Assembly: GCA_015233145.1 (NCBI GenBank) | Contig: JADFYI010000001.1 | Coordinates: 15,345 to 79,344, forward strand | Source of the DNA: Candidatus Omnitrophota bacterium | Lineage (GTDB): Bacteria > Omnitrophota > Gorgyraeia > Zapsychrales > Fredricksoniimonadaceae | Direction of reading: 5' to 3' | Length of the DNA stretch: 64,000 nt | Part shown: in pieces, positions 7,926-15,627 of the stretch | Position numbering within the stretch: the stretch's first letter is position 1 | How the letters are laid out: each line of letters begins with the position of its first letter | Program-made: the position numbers and the translations under genes | Notes under the pieces: model-generated | Database searches by the model: none | What the model was told of the DNA's origin: nothing | Seen by the model: only the letters and a program-made list of their open reading frames with translations

Positions 7926-8840
7926 TTATGTCCGCGCGCGTCCTGTTTTATTGTTTACAGCGGAAAGGCCAGGTGAGCCTTTGAACTTAAAAAGTATTTT
8001 GTTTGCGAGCAGGAAAAAATTGTCAAAATGTTTTATAATCATAAAATAAAGCGTCCACTTCGTAAGCCCGTAGAGCATTAATGGAGACAGGAGTATCCGC
8101 AGTCCTAGAGGCTTTCGTATCCGCCCTTTTTCCAAGAATAATGATTTTCTTATTTCAGGGGCCACACTTTCCGCCGCATCTTTCATGTCCTTTTCAATAG
8201 ATACGCCCGTCCTCCTTAAGCTTAAATAGTAATCGCTTTTATGGTGGAACAGCATGCAAAAAGCGGAATCAAGGAAGCTTTTATGTCTTACGCTCACACA
8301 GTCCAGGATGGCAACTTTTTTGTTCACAAGAACGCTGGCCCAAAGCCATTCAATGCCCCAGGCTGACCGGTTTGCGATGAGATAGGGCAGTATCTCTTGC
8401 AGCAGTAACCCGGATTTAAAAACAGGACACATGCCTTCAACAAAATTGACATAACGCAACTCGCATCCCCAGTGCCTCGTTGTGATCCAGTGGCCGATAA
8501 AGCCGCCTGAAATTGAAGGCTGGCCGGCATCCAGGCCATAGTGATTAAATTTCTCAAAAAGGCGATTAAACGCATCTGTTGACGAAATAATGTCGTCATC
8601 GGCAAGGCAGACATATTTATAACAGGAAACCTCTTCATGATATTTCTCGATCGCCAGAAAGATTTTCTGAAATTTTCCAACAACCTGGGTTTCGAGATAA
8701 TAATCCGCATCACCCAGATATTTCCCGGATTCATTTCCGTAATAAATTAACAGAACATCAAACAACCTGTTTTTACCTTTGATCCAGGAACGGTGAAAAG
8801 ATCTGTCTCCGACTGCCGCGATGATCAGGTTTTCCTTCAT
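7926..8840 (-). CDS. DUF707-like protein (glycosyltransferase-like fold)
   Basis: The segment YVCLADDDI...NFVEGMCPVFKSGLL...SAWGIEW resembles the DUF707 pattern (D-x-D region, FVEGMAPVF, GWG) as I recall it. Confidence 0.55.
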   Translation of the reverse strand: MKENLIIAAVGDRSFHRSWIKGKNRLFDVLLIYYGNESGKYLGDADYYLETQVVGKFQKIFLAIEKYHEEVSCYKYVCLADDDIISSTDAFNRLFEKFNHYGLDAGQPSISGGFIGHWITTRHWGCELRYVNFVEGMCPVFKSGLLLQEILPYLIANRSAWGIEWLWASVLVNKKVAILDCVSVRHKSFLDSAFCMLFHHKSDYYLSLRRTGVSIEKDMKDAAESVAPEIRKSLFLEKGRIRKPLGLRILLSPLMLYGLTKWTLYFMIIKHFDNFFLLANKILFKFKGSPGLSAVNNKTGRART

Positions 8841-9034
8841 GAAAAGTCTCCAGTAGCTCCGCTTCAGTGCCAGGGTTGTGTATCATAAATCTTAGTCACA
8901 CAAAATGAAAAATACTAACAAAAATAATTGGCACTTGGAAACTTAGGGTCCATAAGTGGTTGTAATGATTCACAGTAAAGGCCGACTGATATTTGTTTGT
9001 GAATGAAAAAAAGAGCCTAAACCAGGGAGGAAAA

Positions 9035-10189
9035 TTGTTTACAGTTAGCGCTTTTCAGAAGGCATACAGCGGTAAACGTGTCTTGGTCTTGGGGCATACC
9101 GGTTTTAAAGGGGCCTGGTTAAGTTTGTGGCTTGCGCAAATGGGGGCAGATCTTGCGGGATTTTCCAAGGATATGCCTTCAGAGCCGTGCCTTTTCAAAG
9201 TCCTGAATTTGAAAAAGAAAATGAGACATGACACAGGAGATATTCGCAATCACAATCAACTGGCCAAAGTCTTTCGCGCCTTTAAACCGGAAATTGTTTT
9301 TCACTTAGCGGCGCAACCAATCGTTCGAACAGCCTATCGTGAACCAAAACTCACCTTTGATACAAATTCCGGAGGGACGGTCAACGTCCTTGAATGCATT
9401 CGCCAGTCACCAACAGTCAAGGCGGCCGTCATCATCACAAGTGACAAATGTTACGAAAATTACGGGATCAATCGCGGTTACCGAGAGGATGACCGGCTCG
9501 GAGGGGAAGATCCCTATAGCGCTTCCAAGGCTTGCGCCGAGATCGCTTTCAGCGCTTATTTTCGTTCATATTTTTTTCAAAAATTGTCCCCCATGATCGC
9601 CACAGCCCGCGCCGGGAACGTGATCGGCGGCGGGGATTGGGCCAGCGACCGGATTGTCCCGGACTGTGTGCGCGCATGGAGCAGCGGTAAAGTCGCCATG
9701 ATCCGCAGTCCGCATTCCACCCGTCCCTGGCAGCATGTTTTGGAACCGGTGAGCGGTTATCTCTGGCTGGGCGCCTGTTTATTACAGAAAAAAAGCGGGC
9801 TAACAGGCAGTTCGTTTAATTTTGGACCCCGGCATCATGCCAGCCGCGATGTGAAAAGTTTGGTGGATTTGTTTTTGTCTTTTTGGGGGGCGGGTTCCTG
9901 GAATTATATTCCGTCCAACGGAAAGAAAGAGGCCAGGCTGCTTAAATTATCACCGAGGAAGACTGCAGAAACGCTTTTTTGGAAGACAGCGCTTTCCTTT
10001 GCCGACACGGTCAAGTTCACGGCGTTGTGGTACCAAAAGTATTATTCGAAGAAAATTGACATGACAGAGTTTAGCTTGGGACAAATTGAATCTTATATTC
10101 AAAAGGCCAGGAACCAGGAATTGCCTTGGGCAGGGGGGGTGTCTTATGATCGATGGCGTTCAGCTCAAACCGTTGAAAATTATTCGTGA
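9035..10189 (+). CDS. rfbG: CDP-glucose 4,6-dehydratase
   Basis: GKRVLVLGHTGFKGAWLSLWL Rossmann start, plus SDKCYEN and YSASKA (catalytic S/Y-xxx-K). I prefer the TTG at 9035, which sits 5 nt after GGGAGG. The ORF track starts this ORF at 8993. Confidence 0.88.
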   Translation: MFTVSAFQKAYSGKRVLVLGHTGFKGAWLSLWLAQMGADLAGFSKDMPSEPCLFKVLNLKKKMRHDTGDIRNHNQLAKVFRAFKPEIVFHLAAQPIVRTAYREPKLTFDTNSGGTVNVLECIRQSPTVKAAVIITSDKCYENYGINRGYREDDRLGGEDPYSASKACAEIAFSAYFRSYFFQKLSPMIATARAGNVIGGGDWASDRIVPDCVRAWSSGKVAMIRSPHSTRPWQHVLEPVSGYLWLGACLLQKKSGLTGSSFNFGPRHHASRDVKSLVDLFLSFWGAGSWNYIPSNGKKEARLLKLSPRKTAETLFWKTALSFADTVKFTALWYQKYYSKKIDMTEFSLGQIESYIQKARNQELPWAGGVSYDRWRSAQTVENYS

Positions 10190-10583
10190 TGCGCGCGGTC
10201 AGGTTATGCATATGATGCGCTGCGATGACGGGGTCTTTACGCGTTTTGGCGAGATTTATTTTTCTGTGATTAATCCGGACGTGGTCAAGGGTTGGAAAAA
10301 ACATCAGAAAATGACCATGCATTTTGCTGTACCGGTCGGCGACATAAGGCTTGTCATTTATGATAACAGGCTCGGAAGCCCGACGAGAGGCGAGGTTCAG
10401 CAGATTTTGGTAGGGGAGGAGAATTACCAGTTGGTGTGCATACCCCCGGCAGTATGGTACAGCGTTCGCTCAGAAAATGATCATTGGGCCATGATTGCCA
10501 ATTGCAGTGATATCCCTCATGATCCTAACGAGATTGAGGAGGTCCCGATTGGAAGCGCGGATATCCCGTATGTGTGGACATAG
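10146..10583 (+). CDS. small cupin-type sugar-nucleotide epimerase (dTDP-4-dehydrorhamnose 3,5-epimerase-related)
   Basis: ATG at 10146 after a G-rich Shine-Dalgarno sequence. LKIIRDARGQVMHMMR...FGEIYFSVINPDVVKGWKKH is RmlC-like. Sits between rfbG and rfbF. Confidence 0.7.
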   Translation: MIDGVQLKPLKIIRDARGQVMHMMRCDDGVFTRFGEIYFSVINPDVVKGWKKHQKMTMHFAVPVGDIRLVIYDNRLGSPTRGEVQQILVGEENYQLVCIPPAVWYSVRSENDHWAMIANCSDIPHDPNEIEEVPIGSADIPYVWT

Positions 10584-10604
10584 TTCTTGCTAAGGAGTTG
10601 TCAT

Positions 10605-11372
10605 ATGAAAGTCGTCATATTTTGTGGAGGGATGGGAACGCGCCTTCGTGAAGAGACAGAGTTCAGGCCAAAGCCCATGGTTGAGATCGGCGGTCGTCCT
10701 ATTCTGTGGCACATCATGAGAAATTATCTGACCCACGGGATTAACGAATTTATCCTTTGCCTGGGGTATAAGCAGGAGTATATCCGGCAGTATTTCTTGA
10801 ATTATGAACATATGAACAATGACTTTACTATTCATTTTAACAGCGATACCAAGGTCCTTTTCCATGAGCGGCATACCGAAGACTGGCGCGTTACTCTCGT
10901 TGATACGGGGTTAAATACGCCCAAGGGCCGCCGTTTAAAAATGGTGGAGCCGTATATCAAGGAAGATACTTTTATGGTGACTTACGGCGATGGGGTTGGG
11001 AATATCAACATCCAGGCACTGTTGGACTATCATAGGGAGCAGAAAAAAATAGCAACGTTCACCGGTGTCCATCCGTTATCCCGGTTTGCAACCATCCAGA
11101 TGGATGATCGGGGAAAGATCAAATTATGGAAAGAAAAAAGGCAGATCGAGGAATATATCAATGCCGGATATTTTGTTTTTAACCGCGATATTTTTCATTA
11201 CCTGGATAAATATGAGGAGCTGGAAATGGCTCCCATGGAAAAATTGACGGAGGAAGGCCAGGTTGCCATGTACCGGCATGAGGGTTTTTGGCAGTGCATG
11301 GACACGTACCGTGACCATCAATTACTGGAGGGATTGTGGAATGACGGTAATGCGCCTTGGAAAATCTGGTAA
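10605..11372 (+). CDS. rfbF: glucose-1-phosphate cytidylyltransferase
   Basis: MKVVIFCGGMGTRLREETEFRPKPMVEIGGRPILWHIM with an AAGGAG Shine-Dalgarno sequence. ATG at 10605. Confidence 0.92.
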   Translation: MKVVIFCGGMGTRLREETEFRPKPMVEIGGRPILWHIMRNYLTHGINEFILCLGYKQEYIRQYFLNYEHMNNDFTIHFNSDTKVLFHERHTEDWRVTLVDTGLNTPKGRRLKMVEPYIKEDTFMVTYGDGVGNINIQALLDYHREQKKIATFTGVHPLSRFATIQMDDRGKIKLWKEKRQIEEYINAGYFVFNRDIFHYLDKYEELEMAPMEKLTEEGQVAMYRHEGFWQCMDTYRDHQLLEGLWNDGNAPWKIW

Positions 11373-11471
11373 AAAGACCTCTAAAAAGTCTAAACTTTAT
11401 TTTCGAACTTATGTTATACTGACAAAAATTAAAAACTTGATAAAAATGTCAGGAGGGCTGTCGTCCGCCTT

Positions 11472-12770
11472 ATGTTTCGAGATAAAGCGATTGAGACCAT
11501 TGACAAGTCTTCTTTGGAACGCCTTCAGCTGGAAAACTTAAAGAAGACCATTTCCTGCGCGCAAAAGACGCGTTTTTATAAGAACCGCCTTTCGAAAACC
11601 CGGATCAAGTCTCCCGACGATATCCGTTCCCTTAAAGATCTTCAAGATGTCCCTTTCACGACTAAAGACGACCTTCGCGCCTGTTATCCTGACGGGCTTT
11701 TGTCTGTAGATAAATCCGATGTGGTGCGCCTTCACACCTCAAGCGGCACCACAGGCATGCCTACGGTTATTTATCACACCCAGGCGGATTTGGATTACTG
11801 GACTGAGCTTGTTTCCCGGGGGCTGACCGCGTGCGGCGTTACCAAAAGCGATATTTTCCAAAACATGATGACCTACGGGCTTTTTACCGGAGGGCTGGGG
11901 CTTCATTACGGCGCTGAACGCCTGGGCGCTCTTGTGATCCCGGCCGGAGCAGGAAACACCCGCCGACAATTGCAACTGATGAAAGATTTTCACACAACAA
12001 CCCTTCATGCCACACCCAATTACATGCTGCATATCATGCTCAAGCTCGCGGAGTTTGACATTTCGCTTAAAGATTTGAACCTGAAAAAGGTTTTCTTAGG
12101 GGCTGAGCCTTATACGGAAAACACGCGCAAGAAGATTGAAGAGTTTTATCATATCGACGCCTATAACTGTTACGGCCTAAGCGAGCTGAACGGTCCGGGT
12201 GTTGCTATGGAATGCGAGCATAAAAGAGACCTGCACATCTGGGAAGATTCTTATATCGTTGAAATTATTAATCCCGACACAGGAGAAATCCTTAAAGATG
12301 GCGAAGCGGGCGAGCTTGTGTTAACCACCCTTAAAAGGGAAGCCACTCCTCTTCTGCGTTATCGCAGCCGCGATTTAACCAGGATTCTGACAGATACCTG
12401 CCCCTGCGGACGGACGCATCGGCGTATTTCCCGCATTACCGGACGAAGCGACGATATGCTCATCATTAACGGCGTTAATGTTTTTCCGTCACAGATTGAA
12501 GAAATTCTGATGAAGCGCCCTGAGGTCGGGACGAATTATCAGATTGTGGTGGATCAGCGCGAATCTTTAGACAGGCTCAGTATTAAAGTGGAACTTTATG
12601 CCAAGCTTTTCGAGGGGGATATCAAGGTTCTGGAAAGGTTAAGAGATTCCATCGCGCATGAAATGAAGTCAACGCTTTTGGTGGGCGTCCATGTTGAGCT
12701 CCATGAGCCAGGCAGCCTTCCTGTGAGCGAGGGCAAGGCCAAGCGCGTGGTGGATGAGCGAAAAAATTAA
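11472..12770 (+). CDS. paaK: phenylacetate-CoA ligase family (PaaK / F390-synthetase-like adenylating enzyme)
   Basis: Length and motifs fit: LHTSSGTTGMPTV (A3-like), YGLSE and GELVLTTL. The N-terminus has the characteristic LERLQLENLKKT. Confidence 0.85.
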   Translation: MFRDKAIETIDKSSLERLQLENLKKTISCAQKTRFYKNRLSKTRIKSPDDIRSLKDLQDVPFTTKDDLRACYPDGLLSVDKSDVVRLHTSSGTTGMPTVIYHTQADLDYWTELVSRGLTACGVTKSDIFQNMMTYGLFTGGLGLHYGAERLGALVIPAGAGNTRRQLQLMKDFHTTTLHATPNYMLHIMLKLAEFDISLKDLNLKKVFLGAEPYTENTRKKIEEFYHIDAYNCYGLSELNGPGVAMECEHKRDLHIWEDSYIVEIINPDTGEILKDGEAGELVLTTLKREATPLLRYRSRDLTRILTDTCPCGRTHRRISRITGRSDDMLIINGVNVFPSQIEEILMKRPEVGTNYQIVVDQRESLDRLSIKVELYAKLFEGDIKVLERLRDSIAHEMKSTLLVGVHVELHEPGSLPVSEGKAKRVVDERKN

Positions 12771-12783
12771 ATACGAGGGGTAT

Positions 12784-13200
12784 ATGGCCAAACAAATCAG
12801 AGTATTTTTGGATAACAAACCCGGACGTCTGGAGAAAGTGACGGGTGTCCTTGCTGCCAAAGGCGTTAACGTCCGTGCCATGCTTATTTCTGACAGGGGC
12901 GAATTCGGGATCGTCAAGTTTTTGGTGGATAAGCCGGATTTAACGATTGTTGTCTTAAAAGACGCGGGGTTTGCCGCGGCTGTGAAAGAAGTGGTTGCGG
13001 TGAGGCTCGATGATAAAATCGGCCGGCTTCATGACATGATTGAATTTTTATCTTCGCGCGGGATTAATATTTCCGATGGTTACGGGTTTGCCGGCCACTC
13101 GGTATTTTGCCTTGAAACAGAAGGGTTTGAAGAGGCGGCAAGGCTTTTAAAGGAAAATGGGTTTTATGTTTTATCCGACCAGGAATTATACGAAACTTAA
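12784..13200 (+). CDS. tandem ACT-domain protein
   Basis: ATG at 12784. IRVFLDNKPGRLEKVTGVLAAKGVNVRAM and VRLDDKIGRLHDMIEFLSSRGINI are two ACT beta-alpha starts. This is a common PaaK neighbour. Confidence 0.8.
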   Translation: MAKQIRVFLDNKPGRLEKVTGVLAAKGVNVRAMLISDRGEFGIVKFLVDKPDLTIVVLKDAGFAAAVKEVVAVRLDDKIGRLHDMIEFLSSRGINISDGYGFAGHSVFCLETEGFEEAARLLKENGFYVLSDQELYET

Positions 13201-13202
13201 AA

Positions 13203-13604
13203 ATGTCCAAAGCCAGGGATTTTTCTTTAAGAGATAAGTTTGCAACTTATAACAGCATGGAAGTTGTTGAGGTGGCCCAGGGCTTTGCGCGCGCCAGGCT
13301 CGATGTCAAACCTCAGCATCACAATGGCCTTGGGACTGTTCATGGGGGCGTGTTGTTTACTTTGGCAGATCTGGCTTTTGCGGCTGCTTCAAACTTTGGT
13401 GAAGACACGGTTGTGGGCATTAATGCCAGCATGTCTTTTTTTAAGGCCGCGTCCCAAGGGGTTTTGTTGGCCGAGGCCAGGGAAGTGACCCGCAGCGCAA
13501 AGCTGGTGGCTTACGAGGCCAAGGTTACGAATGATTCCGGTGATATTATCGCTGTTTTTCAGGGGACAGGGTATATCAAAAGCAACTCCAGGGTGCAGAA
13601 ATAA
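13203..13604 (+). CDS. PaaI-family hotdog-fold thioesterase
   Basis: NGLGTVHGGVLFTLADLAFAAA is the PaaI/YigI-type active-site stretch. 133 aa. Confidence 0.85.
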   Translation: MSKARDFSLRDKFATYNSMEVVEVAQGFARARLDVKPQHHNGLGTVHGGVLFTLADLAFAAASNFGEDTVVGINASMSFFKAASQGVLLAEAREVTRSAKLVAYEAKVTNDSGDIIAVFQGTGYIKSNSRVQK

Positions 13605-13628
13605 AATTATAAAAGAGAGGAAAAGCTT

Positions 13629-13799
13629 ATGCTTGGCATTGATGACCCTCAAGTGTGGTTGGCCTATTTGGCGTGCATTTTAAGTGCTCTTTTTTGTGTT
13701 GTTTATGGAATCATGAACTGGAATAAAGGCGATGAGCCGTTGCATGCAGAAGACAAAAAATGGGCTCAGGATGAAAAAGCCGCTGAAGAACAACTTTAA
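13629..13799 (+). CDS. 56-aa single-TM peptide, probable symporter small accessory protein
   Basis: Absent from the ORF track because it is under 60 aa. ATG at 13629, stop at 13797-13799, protein MLGIDDPQVWLAYLACILSALFCVVYGIMNWNKGDE.... It ends 9 nt upstream of the SSS transporter gene. Confidence 0.6.
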   Translation: MLGIDDPQVWLAYLACILSALFCVVYGIMNWNKGDEPLHAEDKKWAQDEKAAEEQL

Positions 13800-13808
13800 C
13801 CAGAGAGG

Positions 13809-15416
13809 ATGATTATGGAAAATGTGTTTCTTTTGACAATGGTTGTTCTTGTCTATCTTTTTATGATCGCTTTTCTGGGGTATTACGGTTACCGCAAGAC
13901 TAACAATGCCCTGGATTATCTTGTCGCTGGCCGCAACACTCATCCTGCGGTCATGGCCCTTTCTTATGGCGCCACGTTTATCAGCACCTCGGCCATTGTA
14001 GGGTTTGGCGGTGTGGCGGCCATGATGGGGATGGGCCTTTTATGGCTCACGTTTCTGAACATTTTTATAGGCATTATTATTGCGTTTATTTTCTTTGGCA
14101 AACGAACCCGGAAAATGGGGCACAATCTGGACGCGCACACGTTTCCTGAGCTTTTAGGGAAGAGATACCAGTCGCGCTTTGTCCAGGGATTTGCCGGACT
14201 TGTTATTTTTATTTTTATGCCTCTTTATTCAGCCGCAGTCTTGATCGGCGCGGCCCGTTTTTTGGAAACAACGTTTCCGAACATGCTGAATTTTAATGTC
14301 GCTGTTTTGATTTATGCGCTTATTATTTGCGCTTATGTTTTTGCGGGCGGCATCAAGGGGGTTATGTATACCGATGCCCTTCAGGGCGCGATTATGTTTG
14401 TGGGGATGCTGATTTTACTTGTGATGTGTTATGCGAATCTGGGGGGTGTCACCGCTGCCCATCAGGCATTGACAGCGATAGCAGACAAGGTTCCTGAGAA
14501 ACTCGCGGCCCAGGGGCATTTGGGCTGGACAAGGATGCCGGCCCTGGGGTCTCCGTTATGGTGGACCATGGTGTCCACGATTGTGATGGGTGTTGGGATC
14601 GGGGTTCTTACGCAGCCGCAGCTGGCTGTCCGTTTTATGACGGTTAAAAGCAATAAAGAGATTAACCGCGGAGTTGTGACCGGCGGCATCTTTATTTTGA
14701 TGATGACCGGAGTGGCCTATATCGTTGGCTCATTATCCAATGTTTATTTCTTGCGGAATCCGAAGTTCGGACAGATTGCCCTTAATCTTACCCAGGGCAA
14801 TGTGGATAAAATCATGCCTCTTTATATTAACAATGCCATGCCCACATGGTTTGTCTACGTTTTTATGCTGACGCTTCTTTCTGCGGCCATGTCAACTTCG
14901 AGTTCGCAATTCCACGCCATGGGAACAGCCTTTGGCCGCGATCTTTTTGAGAAAATATTTCTAAAAGGCAAGGGGTCAAAGCATACAGTTCTTCTGACAA
15001 GAGTCGGGATTTTGGTGGGGGTTTTGATTACGGTTATTCTGGGATTTAAACTTCCCACAAGTATTATTGCCATTGCCACAGCCATGTTTTTTGGCCTGTG
15101 CGCCAGCACGTTTTTACCGGCCTATGCCGGCGCCCTTTTTTGGAAAGGGATGACAAAAACAGGGGCCATTGCCAGCATGTTTGCCGGTTTTATCGTAACA
15201 GGGCTATGGTTTTTGTTTGTTCACAAGAAAGAGTCTGAAGCGTTGGGGCTTTGCCAGTTGCTTTTCCAGAAACCGACGTTGGCCACTTTTCCATGGACTG
15301 TGGTTGATCCAATTATGATTGCGCTTCCCATCTCTTTGGTTGTTGCGGTTGTGGTGAGTGTATGTACAACCCGACTGCCAAAGAATCACATAGAAGCATG
15401 CTTTAAGTATTTCTAA
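13809..15416 (+). CDS. sodium:solute symporter (SSS) family transporter
   Basis: 535 aa with about 13 TM segments. YLVAGRN near TM2 is typical of the SSS family. Confidence 0.88.
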   Translation: MIMENVFLLTMVVLVYLFMIAFLGYYGYRKTNNALDYLVAGRNTHPAVMALSYGATFISTSAIVGFGGVAAMMGMGLLWLTFLNIFIGIIIAFIFFGKRTRKMGHNLDAHTFPELLGKRYQSRFVQGFAGLVIFIFMPLYSAAVLIGAARFLETTFPNMLNFNVAVLIYALIICAYVFAGGIKGVMYTDALQGAIMFVGMLILLVMCYANLGGVTAAHQALTAIADKVPEKLAAQGHLGWTRMPALGSPLWWTMVSTIVMGVGIGVLTQPQLAVRFMTVKSNKEINRGVVTGGIFILMMTGVAYIVGSLSNVYFLRNPKFGQIALNLTQGNVDKIMPLYINNAMPTWFVYVFMLTLLSAAMSTSSSQFHAMGTAFGRDLFEKIFLKGKGSKHTVLLTRVGILVGVLITVILGFKLPTSIIAIATAMFFGLCASTFLPAYAGALFWKGMTKTGAIASMFAGFIVTGLWFLFVHKKESEALGLCQLLFQKPTLATFPWTVVDPIMIALPISLVVAVVVSVCTTRLPKNHIEACFKYF

Positions 15417-15627
15417 AAAGTTTCTTTCTGGATAGTATTAGCTGAAAAATCTTTAGGGAATAAGTGTGCCTTTTTTGTATAGAATGACAAGGAAAGGCGT
15501 AGAATGTCACTGGGTTGAATGAATTTGTTTTTCTATTAATAATATGTTATCTTTCTAGAACTTACGGATAATTCTCATATTACAAATAGAAAATCTTATA
15601 TTCCCAACAGGTTTTAAGGAGAGGGCG

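Noticed and set aside
8929-8945. TGGCAC as a sigma-54 -24 element upstream of rfbG
   Set aside because: The -12 TTGC(A/T) element is missing at the required spacing. The sequence reads TGGCAC-TTGGA-AACT.
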